From: Planctomycetota bacterium
Lineage (GTDB): Bacteria > Planctomycetota > Brocadiia > SM23-32
Direction of reading: 5' to 3'
Assembly: GCA_021161675.1 (NCBI GenBank)
Contig: JAGHAF010000034.1
Location: forward strand, 1 to 57,692
DNA: 57,692 nucleotides
Shown here: one piece after another, positions 38,574-48,339 of the stretch
Layout of the letters: the number at the start of each line of letters is the position of its first letter
How positions within the stretch are numbered: the first letter of the stretch is position 1
Program-made: the position numbers and the translations under genes
The notes under the pieces: generated by a model
What the model was told of the DNA's origin: nothing
Databases searched by the model: none
The model's input: only the letters and a program-made list of their open reading frames with translations

Positions 38574-38892
38574 AGAGGACAGTCCCCTCCTTCAACGCAG
38601 GGGCGATCACAAGTGCGTGAGTATGCCTATGTTTTTCAATGTCGTCCGGCGTTACCACAATGATATCCACCGGCTCGCCAACCCCGTGCAGGTTCCTGTA
38701 TATCTTGTCCGCGAGTTCGAGGCGATTGGCCCCCCGCTTGACAACGAGCAGGTCTATGTCGCTATTCGGGCCGTGTCGTCCGGCCGCCGCCGAGCCGAAC
38801 AGGATGATCTTCTCCGGTTCAGCGACCTCCACAACCCTCTGGACTATCCGCTCCAGGATTTCAGCGGAGACTGTTCCCGATGCCTGAGACAT
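38548..38892 (-). CDS. Minimal nucleotidyltransferase (MNT)
   Basis: IILFGSAAAG...NSDIDLLVV and PVDIIV. Confidence 0.92.
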   Translation of the reverse strand: MSQASGTVSAEILERIVQRVVEVAEPEKIILFGSAAAGRHGPNSDIDLLVVKRGANRLELADKIYRNLHGVGEPVDIIVVTPDDIEKHRHTHALVIAPALKEGTVLYGASEKTT

Positions 38893-39046
38893 TTGTGCGC
38901 GCCACCTTACCGATTAGCATCGGGCACTCGGGTTATAGTCAGAAGCCGATTCCGCCTCGTTGCAAACCGCTCCGGCAACATTAGATACCTGCCGCGCGAA
39001 CATATCGAGCCGCGGGAGACGCGTTCTGCGTCGTGTTCGTTGCGAG

Positions 39047-40387
39047 CTATTTATTCTGTGCGGCGGAGTCGCTTTCCTGCGCGACGCGCGCGCCGTCCTC
39101 CAGTTCAGTGGGCGGGCGCAGCACGACCGTCTCGCCCTCTTTAAGCCCTTCGAGGACCTCGTAATATTCTTCGCCCGCCAGGCCGGTCTTGATGTTTCTG
39201 AGGCGCGCTTTGCCCTCCTCTACGACGAACACCGCCGCCCCTTTCGGGGCCGCGAAAACCGCGTCCCCTGGCACGAGGACCGCCCGCTCCTTGCGGGCCA
39301 CGGCGATCTTGACGTCCAGCTCGTAGCCGGAGCCCAGGTTCACCTCCGAGTTGTCGAACTCTATAAGCACGGGCACCCTCTGCTCGCGGACGCCCAGCGA
39401 AGACATCTTGGTGAAGCCGGAGGGGTATATCTTCTTGACGCGCGCCTGCGGGCTGGCGCCTCCGAGGGCGGGGCCTTCGAGGAGGACTTTCTGGCCGACG
39501 CGGACCCGTCCCACCTCGTCGGAGAGTATGTCGGCCCGTATCTCGATGGAACTCGGCTCGCCGACCCTGAGAAGCCTGGCGCCCGGCTGGACGAATTGCC
39601 GGCTGTCCAGGTACTTCTGGAGCACTACGCCGTCAATGGGTGATTTGACTACGGCCTGGCGCAGCAGCAGCGCCTTCACCTTCTGCAACTGTTTCGCCTG
39701 CGCCTCGTAGAGATCGTGCAGGTATGCGGTGTCCTCCATGGACTTTCGGAGCGTCTCGCGGTTGAGCCGGGCGATCTGGACGGCCACCTGGGCGGCGGCC
39801 AGTCGCCGGTCCAGCTCTTCGGCCCGCGCCTTTGCCGTTTCATGTTTGCGATCGGCGTCGTCGCGCTCTCGCTTTGTGGCGGCCCCTTTCTCGTAGAGGG
39901 CCGTGAACCTGTCGGCTTCTTCGGCGGCGTAGCGCAATTCGACACCCGCCGCGTCTTTACTGCGGCCCAGCGCCTCCGCATCCAGTTTCGCGCGCTCCAC
40001 CTCCTGGTCGGCGGCTTCGAGCTGGGAAGGCTTCGGCAGCGTCACGTCCGCTCCGGACAGCCTGGCGCGGACCTCGGCAAGGCTGTCCTCCAGCTTGCCC
40101 ACGATCAGCCCGAGCTGAGCGTCTTCTATCTTCGTGATGGTCTGCCCTCGGCCGACCGGATCGCCTTCTTCAAGCTCGATTCGCTGGATGGTTCCGGCGC
40201 GGTCGGCGGCGATGACGCGCTCCACCTCGAGTTGAGTCTCCGCCTCTTCGGTGACGTACTCCTCGATGGGCCCGCTGCTCACCTTGCCGAGCTGCGCCGG
40301 GACGGCCTTGTTGAGTTCGTGGAGGTACAGCGCCGCGGCGACCACCACCACGAGCGCGACCCAACCGTAGCTTCTCAATATCTTCAT
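39047..40387 (-). CDS. Efflux periplasmic adaptor (MFP)
   Basis: TM anchor, VKSPIDGVV, SSLGVREQRV and EVLEGLKEGE. Confidence 0.9.
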   Translation of the reverse strand: MKILRSYGWVALVVVVAAALYLHELNKAVPAQLGKVSSGPIEEYVTEEAETQLEVERVIAADRAGTIQRIELEEGDPVGRGQTITKIEDAQLGLIVGKLEDSLAEVRARLSGADVTLPKPSQLEAADQEVERAKLDAEALGRSKDAAGVELRYAAEEADRFTALYEKGAATKRERDDADRKHETAKARAEELDRRLAAAQVAVQIARLNRETLRKSMEDTAYLHDLYEAQAKQLQKVKALLLRQAVVKSPIDGVVLQKYLDSRQFVQPGARLLRVGEPSSIEIRADILSDEVGRVRVGQKVLLEGPALGGASPQARVKKIYPSGFTKMSSLGVREQRVPVLIEFDNSEVNLGSGYELDVKIAVARKERAVLVPGDAVFAAPKGAAVFVVEEGKARLRNIKTGLAGEEYYEVLEGLKEGETVVLRPPTELEDGARVAQESDSAAQNK

Positions 40388-40466
40388 GATTTGTGACAGT
40401 TCACCCGTTTGAGAAAGAGAACAGCGCCAGGAGTCAGGAGAATATCCGTTCCTGCCTCCTGATTTG

Positions 40467-42842
40467 CTACTCTCTCGTCTTGAGCCGCTGCGCGATCTTG
40501 ATCCGCTCCGCGCGGCGGCGGCATATCCAGCGGGCTATCAGCAAAAAGAGCATCACCACCACGGCCGATTCCCCGTAGCTCGTCGCGCTGACGATTACGG
40601 GCAGCCTGTAGATATCCGTCTCGTACGCTTTTGCCATGGCCTGGCAGGCCATGTGGGCGATGGGCATTCCGAGGCAGATACCAGCGATTCCCAGTGGCAT
40701 TATATCGTTGGTGGCGATGTCGGCAACTTGCCCGCGCCCGTAGCCCAGGCTTCTCAGGCCGGCCAGGTCGCGTTCCTGCTCGGCGATGTTGACGGACGTG
40801 ACGTTGTATATCACGGCGAACGCTATGATGGCGGCGGCGAAAATCTGGATCAGCGTGGCCACGTTCATCAGGTCCGCCATCTCCTCCATCAGGTTTTGCA
40901 GCATCCGGCGCGCGCTGGTCACGGCCATGACGCCCGGCATGTCATCCAGCCGGTCCATCGCTTGCTGCGTTGGGACGGCGTCGCTGTCCACCAGGGCGCT
41001 GTTTACCATGTCGCCTTCGCCGAGCAGCCGGCTCAGGTAGCGCCGATCGGCGTAGACGACGAGGCCGATGTATTGCTTCACCACGCCTCGGACAACGGCC
41101 GGACGTTCGTCTTTGCCGCGCAAGTAAGGATCGAGGGTGATCTGCTGGCCCCTTCTGATGCCCAGCGCGTCGGCGATGCGCGCCGGGACGATCAGCCCGT
41201 CGGGCGGCAGTGGGACGCGGTTGCCTTCGGCGTCGCAGACGCGATAGAGTTCGCTGCCGGCCGGCAGGCCCATGATGAGCGCCTCTTTCTTTCGCCAGCC
41301 GTTGCGCAGCTCCGCCCCCACTTGCAGGACGCCTTCCGCCCTTCGCACCCCGGCGACGGCCTCCACGTCCAGGATCGAATGGGTGGGGCGCTGGTCGGCG
41401 AAGTCCACCCGGAAGTCGGCCAGCTCCACGTCCTCGTACTGGTGCTTGACGATCCAGTTGAACAGGTTCATGTTGTTCCTGCCGACGACCAGCATCATCA
41501 TGGATATCGCCACGCCGAAGACGGTGAAGGCGGCGCGCGTCTTGTTGCGCAGCGCGTTGCGCGCGTTCATCCGCCAGGTCAGCGGGACTTTCTCCCACAG
41601 GGGCGCGAGCGCGTCGCGATGCACGATGCGCTCCAGGCGCGGCGCCCGCGGCCGTAGCGCAACGGCAGGGTCGAGCCGCATCGCTTTCCACGCCGAACGC
41701 AGCGCGCCCAGCACGCACATACCGCAACTCAACCCGAAGGCCAGCAGCAGGGCGGACGGCGCCGACTGGACCCGCAGCGAGGGGAACCGGAAGAACGGGT
41801 GGTACATCGCGAGAATTCCCCGCGCCAGGTACAGCCCGCCCACCACTCCAAGCGCCGCGGCCGCCACGCCGACCACCAGGGCGTAGGAGATGTAGTGCAA
41901 GGCGATCCTGAGCCTGCCGTAGCCGAGCGCGCGCAGCAGGCCGATCTGCGTCCTCTGCATCTGGACCATCCGGCGCATGATTATGTGGATCACCACGGCG
42001 GCCACGGTGAGGAATATGGCCGGCACGATCCGCGCGCTAACCTTTACCCCTTGCAGTTCCTGCTCCAGGTAGTTATGTGATAGCTGCCGGGCGCGGCCGT
42101 ACCTGGCGTAGACCCCGTAGCGTGAAAACCGCTCTTTGGCGCGGTCCAGCACCGCCTCGACGTCCGCCCCCGGCCGCAGGACGCCCACCAGGTTGTTGAA
42201 GTCGTTGGTCATGTCGAAAGCGTCTTCCACGAAGCCCCGGCGGGCGAAGATGATGGCGAATCCCTTGTCGTCGGGGGCGAACTGGCGGGCGTCCCGCAGG
42301 GGGTAAACGTACTCAGGGCTGTAGGCCGTGCCCACTATGCGCAGGTCTTCTTTGCGCTCGTTGATGGTGGCCCGCAAGCTGTCGCCCACCGCAAGCCCGT
42401 TCGCCTCGGCGAAGCGCTGGTTGATGATGACCTCTTCGGACGCCGCCCCGGGGAAATAACTGCCGCTGACCATGTAGATGTCATTGATCAGGTCGTCGCG
42501 CCGCCGGGGCATGGAGATGATCCGGCCGACGGCGGCGCCCTCCTCGCCCTCCATCTCGAGGGAAACTTCCTTAACAATACGCCCACGCACGCGCCAGACG
42601 CCCTTGATGGACTGTGCGGCGCTGAGGGCCGAAGATGGCGCGTTCTCCAGGTCCACGAAGAAGTCGGCGAAGTTGCACCGGCGGTAGTAGCTGTCCCGCG
42701 AATGCAGAAGGCTCCGGTAGGTCACCTGGAAGGAGACGAACAGCACCGTCGCCCACAGAACGACCGCCGCCGCGGCCGTGAACTGCCCCCAGCCGCCGCG
42801 CAGGTCGCGCGCGAGCTTCCTGTGCAGGACGTTCCCTACCAT
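40467..42842 (-). CDS. Double FtsX-domain ABC permease
   Basis: KLARDL, VGTAYSPEY, QRTQIGLLRALGY and EQERDLAGLRSLGY. Confidence 0.92.
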   Translation of the reverse strand: MVGNVLHRKLARDLRGGWGQFTAAAAVVLWATVLFVSFQVTYRSLLHSRDSYYRRCNFADFFVDLENAPSSALSAAQSIKGVWRVRGRIVKEVSLEMEGEEGAAVGRIISMPRRRDDLINDIYMVSGSYFPGAASEEVIINQRFAEANGLAVGDSLRATINERKEDLRIVGTAYSPEYVYPLRDARQFAPDDKGFAIIFARRGFVEDAFDMTNDFNNLVGVLRPGADVEAVLDRAKERFSRYGVYARYGRARQLSHNYLEQELQGVKVSARIVPAIFLTVAAVVIHIIMRRMVQMQRTQIGLLRALGYGRLRIALHYISYALVVGVAAAALGVVGGLYLARGILAMYHPFFRFPSLRVQSAPSALLLAFGLSCGMCVLGALRSAWKAMRLDPAVALRPRAPRLERIVHRDALAPLWEKVPLTWRMNARNALRNKTRAAFTVFGVAISMMMLVVGRNNMNLFNWIVKHQYEDVELADFRVDFADQRPTHSILDVEAVAGVRRAEGVLQVGAELRNGWRKKEALIMGLPAGSELYRVCDAEGNRVPLPPDGLIVPARIADALGIRRGQQITLDPYLRGKDERPAVVRGVVKQYIGLVVYADRRYLSRLLGEGDMVNSALVDSDAVPTQQAMDRLDDMPGVMAVTSARRMLQNLMEEMADLMNVATLIQIFAAAIIAFAVIYNVTSVNIAEQERDLAGLRSLGYGRGQVADIATNDIMPLGIAGICLGMPIAHMACQAMAKAYETDIYRLPVIVSATSYGESAVVVMLFLLIARWICRRRAERIKIAQRLKTRE

Positions 42843-43546
42843 GTCAGGTCCTTCGGCTCAATGGGGGATTGGTTTTCCGTCACGTCTTGAACCTGTCCGC
42901 TGCGCAGCCGCACGACCCGGTCGGCGATCCCCCCGATGGCCACGTTGTGCGTGACCATCACGACCGTTTTGCCGCTCTGCCTGTGCACGTCTATCAGCAC
43001 GTCGAGCACCAGCTTGCCGGTTTCATAGTCCAGGGCGCCGGTGGGTTCGTCGGCCAGGACGACCGCGGGATTCTTGCAGATGGCGCGGGCGATGGCGACC
43101 CTTTGCTGTTCTCCGCCGGACATCTGAGAGGGGAAGTGGTCCGCGCGCTCGAGCAGGCCCACCATGTGCAGGGCGTCGTCCACGGGCAGGGGCTGATCAG
43201 CGATCTGCGCGGCCACCTGCACGTTCTCGCGCGCCGTCAGCGTGGGGATCAGGTTGAAGAATTGGAAGACGAACCCCACGCTCTTGCGCCGGTAGGCCGT
43301 CAGTCCGCGCTCGGAGAGGCCCCCGATCTCGACCTGGCGCAGCTCGATCGTGCCGGAGGTGGGCGAGTCCATGCCGCCCAGCAGGTTCAGCAGGGTGCTC
43401 TTGCCGCTGCCGCTGGGACCGAGCAGGACCAGCAGCTCGCCCTCGTGTATCTCCATGTCCAGCCCGCGCAGCGCATGGACCGTCACCTCGCCCATCAGGT
43501 AGCTCTTGGTCAGCTTACGGACGTTGTACAGTATGCGGTGGCTCAA
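42836..43546 (-). CDS. ABC ATP-binding protein (LolD/MacB-like)
   Basis: [17 protein letters not shown] and [10 protein letters not shown]. Confidence 0.95.
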   Translation of the reverse strand: MSHRILYNVRKLTKSYLMGEVTVHALRGLDMEIHEGELLVLLGPSGSGKSTLLNLLGGMDSPTSGTIELRQVEIGGLSERGLTAYRRKSVGFVFQFFNLIPTLTARENVQVAAQIADQPLPVDDALHMVGLLERADHFPSQMSGGEQQRVAIARAICKNPAVVLADEPTGALDYETGKLVLDVLIDVHRQSGKTVVMVTHNVAIGGIADRVVRLRSGQVQDVTENQSPIEPKDLTW

Positions 43547-43612
43547 TTGCCGTTCCCCGGAGCAGCGACGTGCACGAAAATACCAGCAATGGCGCCGGGC
43601 GCCGGGGCTATT

Positions 43613-44974
43613 CTACAGCATTTCAAGCGCAGCCGCCCGCGCGAAGCGAGTGTAGATGTTGAGGCGTCCCTGCCGCGCGAAGCCTGCCAGGACCTGGCCG
43701 CGCTCCTCCGCCATATCCACCGCCAGCTGTGTGGGCGCGCCGCGGGAGACGACGACCGGTATCCCCGCGCGAAGGGCCCTGGCGATAGTCGTGGCGCACG
43801 CTCGCCCGGTCAGCAGCAGGGCAGTCCGGCTCAGGTCTGCGTGTCGGATCAGACACTCTCCGACCACCTTGTCCAGTGCGCTGTGGCGGCTGACGTCCTC
43901 GTGGAAGGAGATCACTCGCTCCCCGTCCGTGATGGCGGCCTGGTGGGTTGCGCCGGTTCGCTGGAAGACGGGGGCCATCTGGCGGAGCCCATCGGCCAGC
44001 TCCAGCAGGCGCCGCGCGCTCAGGCGGAAATCGGCGGCGCTTTCGATCCCGGCAACCTCGCGCGGCGCGGGCGCCACCGGCTGACGGAGCAGACGCGCAA
44101 CCGCTATTGTCGCCCCCACGTCCATCCCCGTCTCCGCCGTCGCGCGGCACAATTCGTAATCAACGCTCAGCCCCTTCACGTCCTCGTAGCTCTCGATGAG
44201 TCCGAGGGACAGCAGGTGACCGACGGCCAGCTCGCGCAGCGCGTTCGGCAGGCAGGGCAGGGCGGTCAGGAACAGATAGTTCAGATATAGCTGCAGTGTG
44301 CGCTCCACGGCGAGCAGGTCTTCTTGGAGCTCCGGGCGGCCCGCGCGGCGGATCTGTACGCGGCGCACCGGCAGCGGCTCGACCCGCCCGAACGCCTCCT
44401 GGAGTATGGGCAGGTCCTCCGGGCTGTCTACGTCGCGGAAGCAGGCGGCCTCTTCGCCGGTGAAGTCCAGGTAATCGGCCCCGTTCTCTTTGAGGAATCG
44501 CCTCAGGCCCAGGTCCCTTCCGGTTTCGAGACGTTTCGCCAGCGCCGGCGCCAGATCGGTCGAATACACCCCGCAGAGCGGCTGCGCGCGCCGGGGGGTT
44601 CGGGCGACCAGCGCCGGCGCCGAGGACTTCGCAGCGGCCTCCAACAGGCGGCGGATCAGCCGGGAGGTGACCAGCGGCATGTCGCAGGCCAGAAAAAACG
44701 CCGCCTTACCCCTGGTGCGTTTGAGACCGGCGTGGATGCCCGCCAGCGGCCCCAGGCCGGGGTATTCGTCGCCCTGGATCGGCACGGCGAGCGAGCGGCG
44801 CAGATAGGCCGGGTCATTGGTGACGACGCAGACGTCACTGAACACGTCCCGCAGCCGGTTCACCATGGCGACGGCCAGTGGAGCGCCCTGGACGCGGAGC
44901 AGTTCCTTGGGGAATCCGAGTCGCTCGCTTTGCCCTCCGCAGAGCAGAAATGCCGAGTTGACTTCACCTCGCAT
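43613..44974 (-). CDS. MobA-like guanylyltransferase fused to an FdhD-like domain
   Basis: N-terminal LCGGQSERLG.PK, GPLAGI, ACDMP, QPLCGVY and DVDSPED. C-terminal ELAVGHL, FQRTGATHQAA, EDVSRHSALDK, APT.LAV and LAGFAR. Confidence 0.88.
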   Translation of the reverse strand: MRGEVNSAFLLCGGQSERLGFPKELLRVQGAPLAVAMVNRLRDVFSDVCVVTNDPAYLRRSLAVPIQGDEYPGLGPLAGIHAGLKRTRGKAAFFLACDMPLVTSRLIRRLLEAAAKSSAPALVARTPRRAQPLCGVYSTDLAPALAKRLETGRDLGLRRFLKENGADYLDFTGEEAACFRDVDSPEDLPILQEAFGRVEPLPVRRVQIRRAGRPELQEDLLAVERTLQLYLNYLFLTALPCLPNALRELAVGHLLSLGLIESYEDVKGLSVDYELCRATAETGMDVGATIAVARLLRQPVAPAPREVAGIESAADFRLSARRLLELADGLRQMAPVFQRTGATHQAAITDGERVISFHEDVSRHSALDKVVGECLIRHADLSRTALLLTGRACATTIARALRAGIPVVVSRGAPTQLAVDMAEERGQVLAGFARQGRLNIYTRFARAAALEML

Positions 44975-45089
44975 GATGCTCTCCCCACCCCATGTCTCAG
45001 ACAGCCTGCAAGCCCCTGTGCGACGAAACCACACTACCCCGCCCAAAGGAGTATATCAAGATCGGATTTGCGATGCCAGCGCTTCGCGG

Positions 45090-45117
45090 TTGCCTTTGGA
45101 CAAACAGTTTCTATAAT
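45090..45117 (+). promoter_or_regulatory. Sigma70-like promoter upstream of gpsA
   Basis: TTGCCT-N16-TATAAT. Confidence 0.5.
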
Positions 45118-45165
45118 GGTCTTCGTCTCGATCTGCCCCCGAATGCCACGAGAGGGCCTGAGCCT

Positions 45166-46203
45166 GTGAGTGAAGGTAAGAGCAGAACTGCGGAGCGGAT
45201 AGCCGTCATCGGCTGCGGCGGATGGGGCACGGCGCTGGCCCTTCTGCTGCACGAGAATGGACATCAAGTCACCCTCTGGGGGGTTGAGCCGGACTACGTG
45301 GATCAAATGAGAGAGAGCCGGCGCAACCCGCGCTACCTGCCGGACATCGAGATTCCCGGCGGGCTTCAGCTCACCTCATCAATGTCCGACTGCGTCCCCA
45401 CCAGCGCGATAGTGGTGGCGGCCACCCCCACGATCTATCTGCGCGAAGTCTGCCGCAGGCTCAGCGCCCACCTGCGAGCGGGACAGATGGTGCTCAACGT
45501 GTCGAAGGGCATCGAGGAGGAGACGCTGCTGCTGGGCAGCCAGGTGATCCGGGACGTCTGCAAGGGCGCATATCGGCTGGCCGGGCTCTACGGGCCGAGC
45601 CACGCCGAAGAGGTGGCTCGAAAGCTGCCCACCACCGTGGTCGCCACCGCCGAGAGCGAGGAAGACGCGCGGCGCGTTCAGCGCACGTTCATGGCGCCCA
45701 TGTTCCGAGTCTACACTAACACGGACATGCTGGGGGTGGAGCTGGGGGCCGCGCTGAAGAACGTAATTGCGATAGCGGCGGGCATTTGTGACGGAATGGG
45801 CTTCGGCGACAATGCCAGGAGCGCCCTCCTGACGCGGGGCCTGGCCGAGATCAGCCGGCTCGGCGCCGCGATGGGCGCCCGCCCGCACACTTTCGCCGGC
45901 CTGACGGGCCTGGGCGACCTGATCACAACGTGCGTCAGCCCGTACGGGCGCAACCGTTCGGTGGGGATACGCCTGGCCCGGGGAGAGGGCCTCGATGCCA
46001 TAGTCGAGCAGATGGACCAGGTGGCCGAAGGGGTGCGAACCACGCGCTCCGTTCTGGCGCTGGCCCACGAATACGACGTTGAAATGCCTATTTCCCGCGC
46101 CGTTCACGCCGTGCTGTTCGAGGGAATGGCGCCGCGCCGGGCGGCGGTGGAGCTGATGCAGCGCGACCCCAAACCCGAACACCAGGGCGATGTTCCTGAT
46201 TAG
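45166..46203 (+). CDS. gpsA: NAD(P)H-dependent glycerol-3-phosphate dehydrogenase
   Basis: GCGGWGTALA, SKGIE, GPSHAEEV, ALKNVIAIAAG and GLGDLITTC...RNR. Start set to GTG 45166. Confidence 0.95.
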   Translation: MSEGKSRTAERIAVIGCGGWGTALALLLHENGHQVTLWGVEPDYVDQMRESRRNPRYLPDIEIPGGLQLTSSMSDCVPTSAIVVAATPTIYLREVCRRLSAHLRAGQMVLNVSKGIEEETLLLGSQVIRDVCKGAYRLAGLYGPSHAEEVARKLPTTVVATAESEEDARRVQRTFMAPMFRVYTNTDMLGVELGAALKNVIAIAAGICDGMGFGDNARSALLTRGLAEISRLGAAMGARPHTFAGLTGLGDLITTCVSPYGRNRSVGIRLARGEGLDAIVEQMDQVAEGVRTTRSVLALAHEYDVEMPISRAVHAVLFEGMAPRRAAVELMQRDPKPEHQGDVPD

Positions 46204-46215
46204 CGAGGATATGCC

Positions 46216-47496
46216 ATGAGGCCGTCCAAAGCCCTCGAGCGGCGTCTGGCGGGGCGGATCGCCGACATCCCCGTCGTTGACGTGCACTCGCACGTGCCGT
46301 CCGCCGCCCCCTGCGCCCGGACGCTCCGCGACCTGCTGGGCTACCACTACTTCACGGAACTCGCCCACAGCGCGGGCATGAACGCCGAGGTGATCGCTCC
46401 CGACAGGCCCGATGAGGAGATGCTCCCGGAACTGCTCGACGCCATGGAGAACATCAATAACACCGTCCAGTATAGCTGGATGATGGAGCTGGCGCGGGAG
46501 CTTTTCGGCTTCGAGGATGATAGGCTCACGCGGGACAACTGGCAGCCACTGGACGAGGCGATCCGCAGGGCGGCCGACGATGAGAACCGGGCCCGCGCTG
46601 TCCTTTCCAGGGCGAACATCGAGAAGGTGTTCCTCACCAACAGCTTCGACGACGACCTGGAGGGAATTGATACCGACCTGTTCGTGCCCGCCCTGCGATT
46701 GGACGACCTGGTCTTCGGATTCCAGGACGAGTCCGTCCGCGAGTCCCTTCAGCGTGTGACGGGGGTCGAACTGGCCGGAGGGCGCAGCCTGGCGGAGGCG
46801 CTCGGACGGCTGGTGGAGCGTTTCCGCGTCCGGGGCGCCAGGAGCGTCGCCATCTCGCTGCCTCCGGGGTTCGAGGTCTGCCAGGTGGACGAGGCCGCGT
46901 TCGACCGGGTGGCGCAGAACGCCCTCAGAGGAGCACGCATCTCCCAGGACGTCCATGTCCTGCAGAGCGGCATGTTGCTGAAGGTCGCCGAGAATTGCGG
47001 CCACCTTGGATTGTGCTTCCAGATTATGTACGGCGTGGTGCGGGGGGCCTACGAGCACGGCGTCCTCCAGGGGACGGACCTGCCCGTCGCCGGATGCTCG
47101 CTCAGCGGACTTCTGCCGCTGCTGAACGGCTTTCCGGAGGTCACCTTCTGCCTGTCCGTGCTCAGCGCCGGCCAGCTGCAGGAACTCGCCGCCTACGGGT
47201 GGCTCGTTCAGAACGTGGTTCTCAGCGGGCACTGGTGGTATCTTAACGTGCCGGCCCGCATAGAGCGGGACCTGGCGGCCCGGCTCCAGAGCGTCCCGAA
47301 GAACAAGCTGATCGGATATTACAGCGATGCTTACAAAGCGGAGTTCGCGCTGGCCAAGTTCAACATGTACAGGCGTATTCTGTCGAGGGTTCTGGCCAGA
47401 GATTTCGTGGAGGCGGGGTTCGGCGCGGAGGAGGATGCCGTGCGCATCGCCAGCCTGCTGCTGCGGGAGAACCCCATTCGGATAATGCGGCTATGA
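46216..47496 (+). CDS. Uronate isomerase-like amidohydrolase-fold protein
   Basis: VDVHSH, LLGYHY, HWWY and YYSDAY..EF...KF.MY. Confidence 0.75.
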   Translation: MRPSKALERRLAGRIADIPVVDVHSHVPSAAPCARTLRDLLGYHYFTELAHSAGMNAEVIAPDRPDEEMLPELLDAMENINNTVQYSWMMELARELFGFEDDRLTRDNWQPLDEAIRRAADDENRARAVLSRANIEKVFLTNSFDDDLEGIDTDLFVPALRLDDLVFGFQDESVRESLQRVTGVELAGGRSLAEALGRLVERFRVRGARSVAISLPPGFEVCQVDEAAFDRVAQNALRGARISQDVHVLQSGMLLKVAENCGHLGLCFQIMYGVVRGAYEHGVLQGTDLPVAGCSLSGLLPLLNGFPEVTFCLSVLSAGQLQELAAYGWLVQNVVLSGHWWYLNVPARIERDLAARLQSVPKNKLIGYYSDAYKAEFALAKFNMYRRILSRVLARDFVEAGFGAEEDAVRIASLLLRENPIRIMRL

Positions 47497-47501
47497 TAGG
47501 C

Positions 47502-47575
47502 GGTTGTTGAGTTGCCAGGTTGTTGAGTTGCTGAGGGACGTCGGCCTTAGCGACTTAGCAACCTATCAACTCAAG
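47502..47575. repeat. Inverted octamer repeat tracts (imperfect hairpin)
   Basis: GGTTGTTGAGTTGC exact twice (47502, 47518), facing cttagcga-cttagcaa-cctatcaa-ctcaa. Confidence 0.65.
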
Positions 47576-47588
47576 ACACGGAGGTCCG

Positions 47589-48305
47589 ATGGACACACAG
47601 CTTGAGAGCGGCCGCCTGGTCGTGTTGAGCGGCATAGACGGCAGCGGAAAGACCACCCAGGCCGCATTGCTGGCAGGGCGGCTGCGGGAGGAGGGGCGGC
47701 CCGTGCGCCTGCTTTCCTTCCCGCGCTATGAGGATGGCTTCTTCGGGGAGTTGATACAGCGATACCTGCACGGGGAGTTCGCGGGAAGCGCCGGCGAGGT
47801 CAGTCCCTACCTGGCCGCGCTGCCCTACGCGTGCGACCGATGGGAGGCCGCCTCCGAGCTGGGCCGATGGCTCGACGAAGGCGCCGTGGTCATCTCGAAC
47901 CGCTACGTGGCGGCCAACATGGCCCATCAGGGCTCGAAGATCGAGTCCACGCGGGAGCGCCGCCTTTTTTGGGAATGGATCGAGACGTTGGAATACGGCG
48001 TCTTCCGGGTTCCGCGCCCGCATCTTTGCGTCCTTCTGGATATGCCGCCGCAGGTGGCGGCCCGGTTGTTGGAGGCCCGGCCGGAAGACGAACGGATAGC
48101 TTTCCAGGACGATATCCACGAGAGCGATCCGCGCCATCTCGAACTGACGGCGCAGGCGTATCGCGAGATCGCCGCCGGCGCACCCTCGGCGCAACTCGGG
48201 ACGGGCCGACGTTGGGCGGTGGTGGCTTGCGCCGCGCAGGGGCAGCCGTTCGATCCGCTCGATATAGCGGCGCAGGTGTGGGAAGAGGTCCGACAGATAC
48301 TGTAG
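47589..48305 (+). CDS. tmk: Thymidylate kinase
   Basis: GIDGSGKTTQ, FPRY, YACDR, NRYVAANMAHQ and DIHE. Confidence 0.88.
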   Translation: MDTQLESGRLVVLSGIDGSGKTTQAALLAGRLREEGRPVRLLSFPRYEDGFFGELIQRYLHGEFAGSAGEVSPYLAALPYACDRWEAASELGRWLDEGAVVISNRYVAANMAHQGSKIESTRERRLFWEWIETLEYGVFRVPRPHLCVLLDMPPQVAARLLEARPEDERIAFQDDIHESDPRHLELTAQAYREIAAGAPSAQLGTGRRWAVVACAAQGQPFDPLDIAAQVWEEVRQIL

Positions 48306-48339
48306 AATAGGCCGCGCGCGAATGTGGGAAAGGAATACG

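Noticed and set aside
45379-47232. 617-aa minus-strand ORF, and similar long ORFs at 16117, 22146, 42869 and 51524
   Set aside because: Each lies antisense to a well-supported gene and has no family motifs.
47502-47575. Possible mini-CRISPR from the 14-bp direct repeat
   Set aside because: Repeats are too short, only 2 bp apart, with no spacers and no cas genes.
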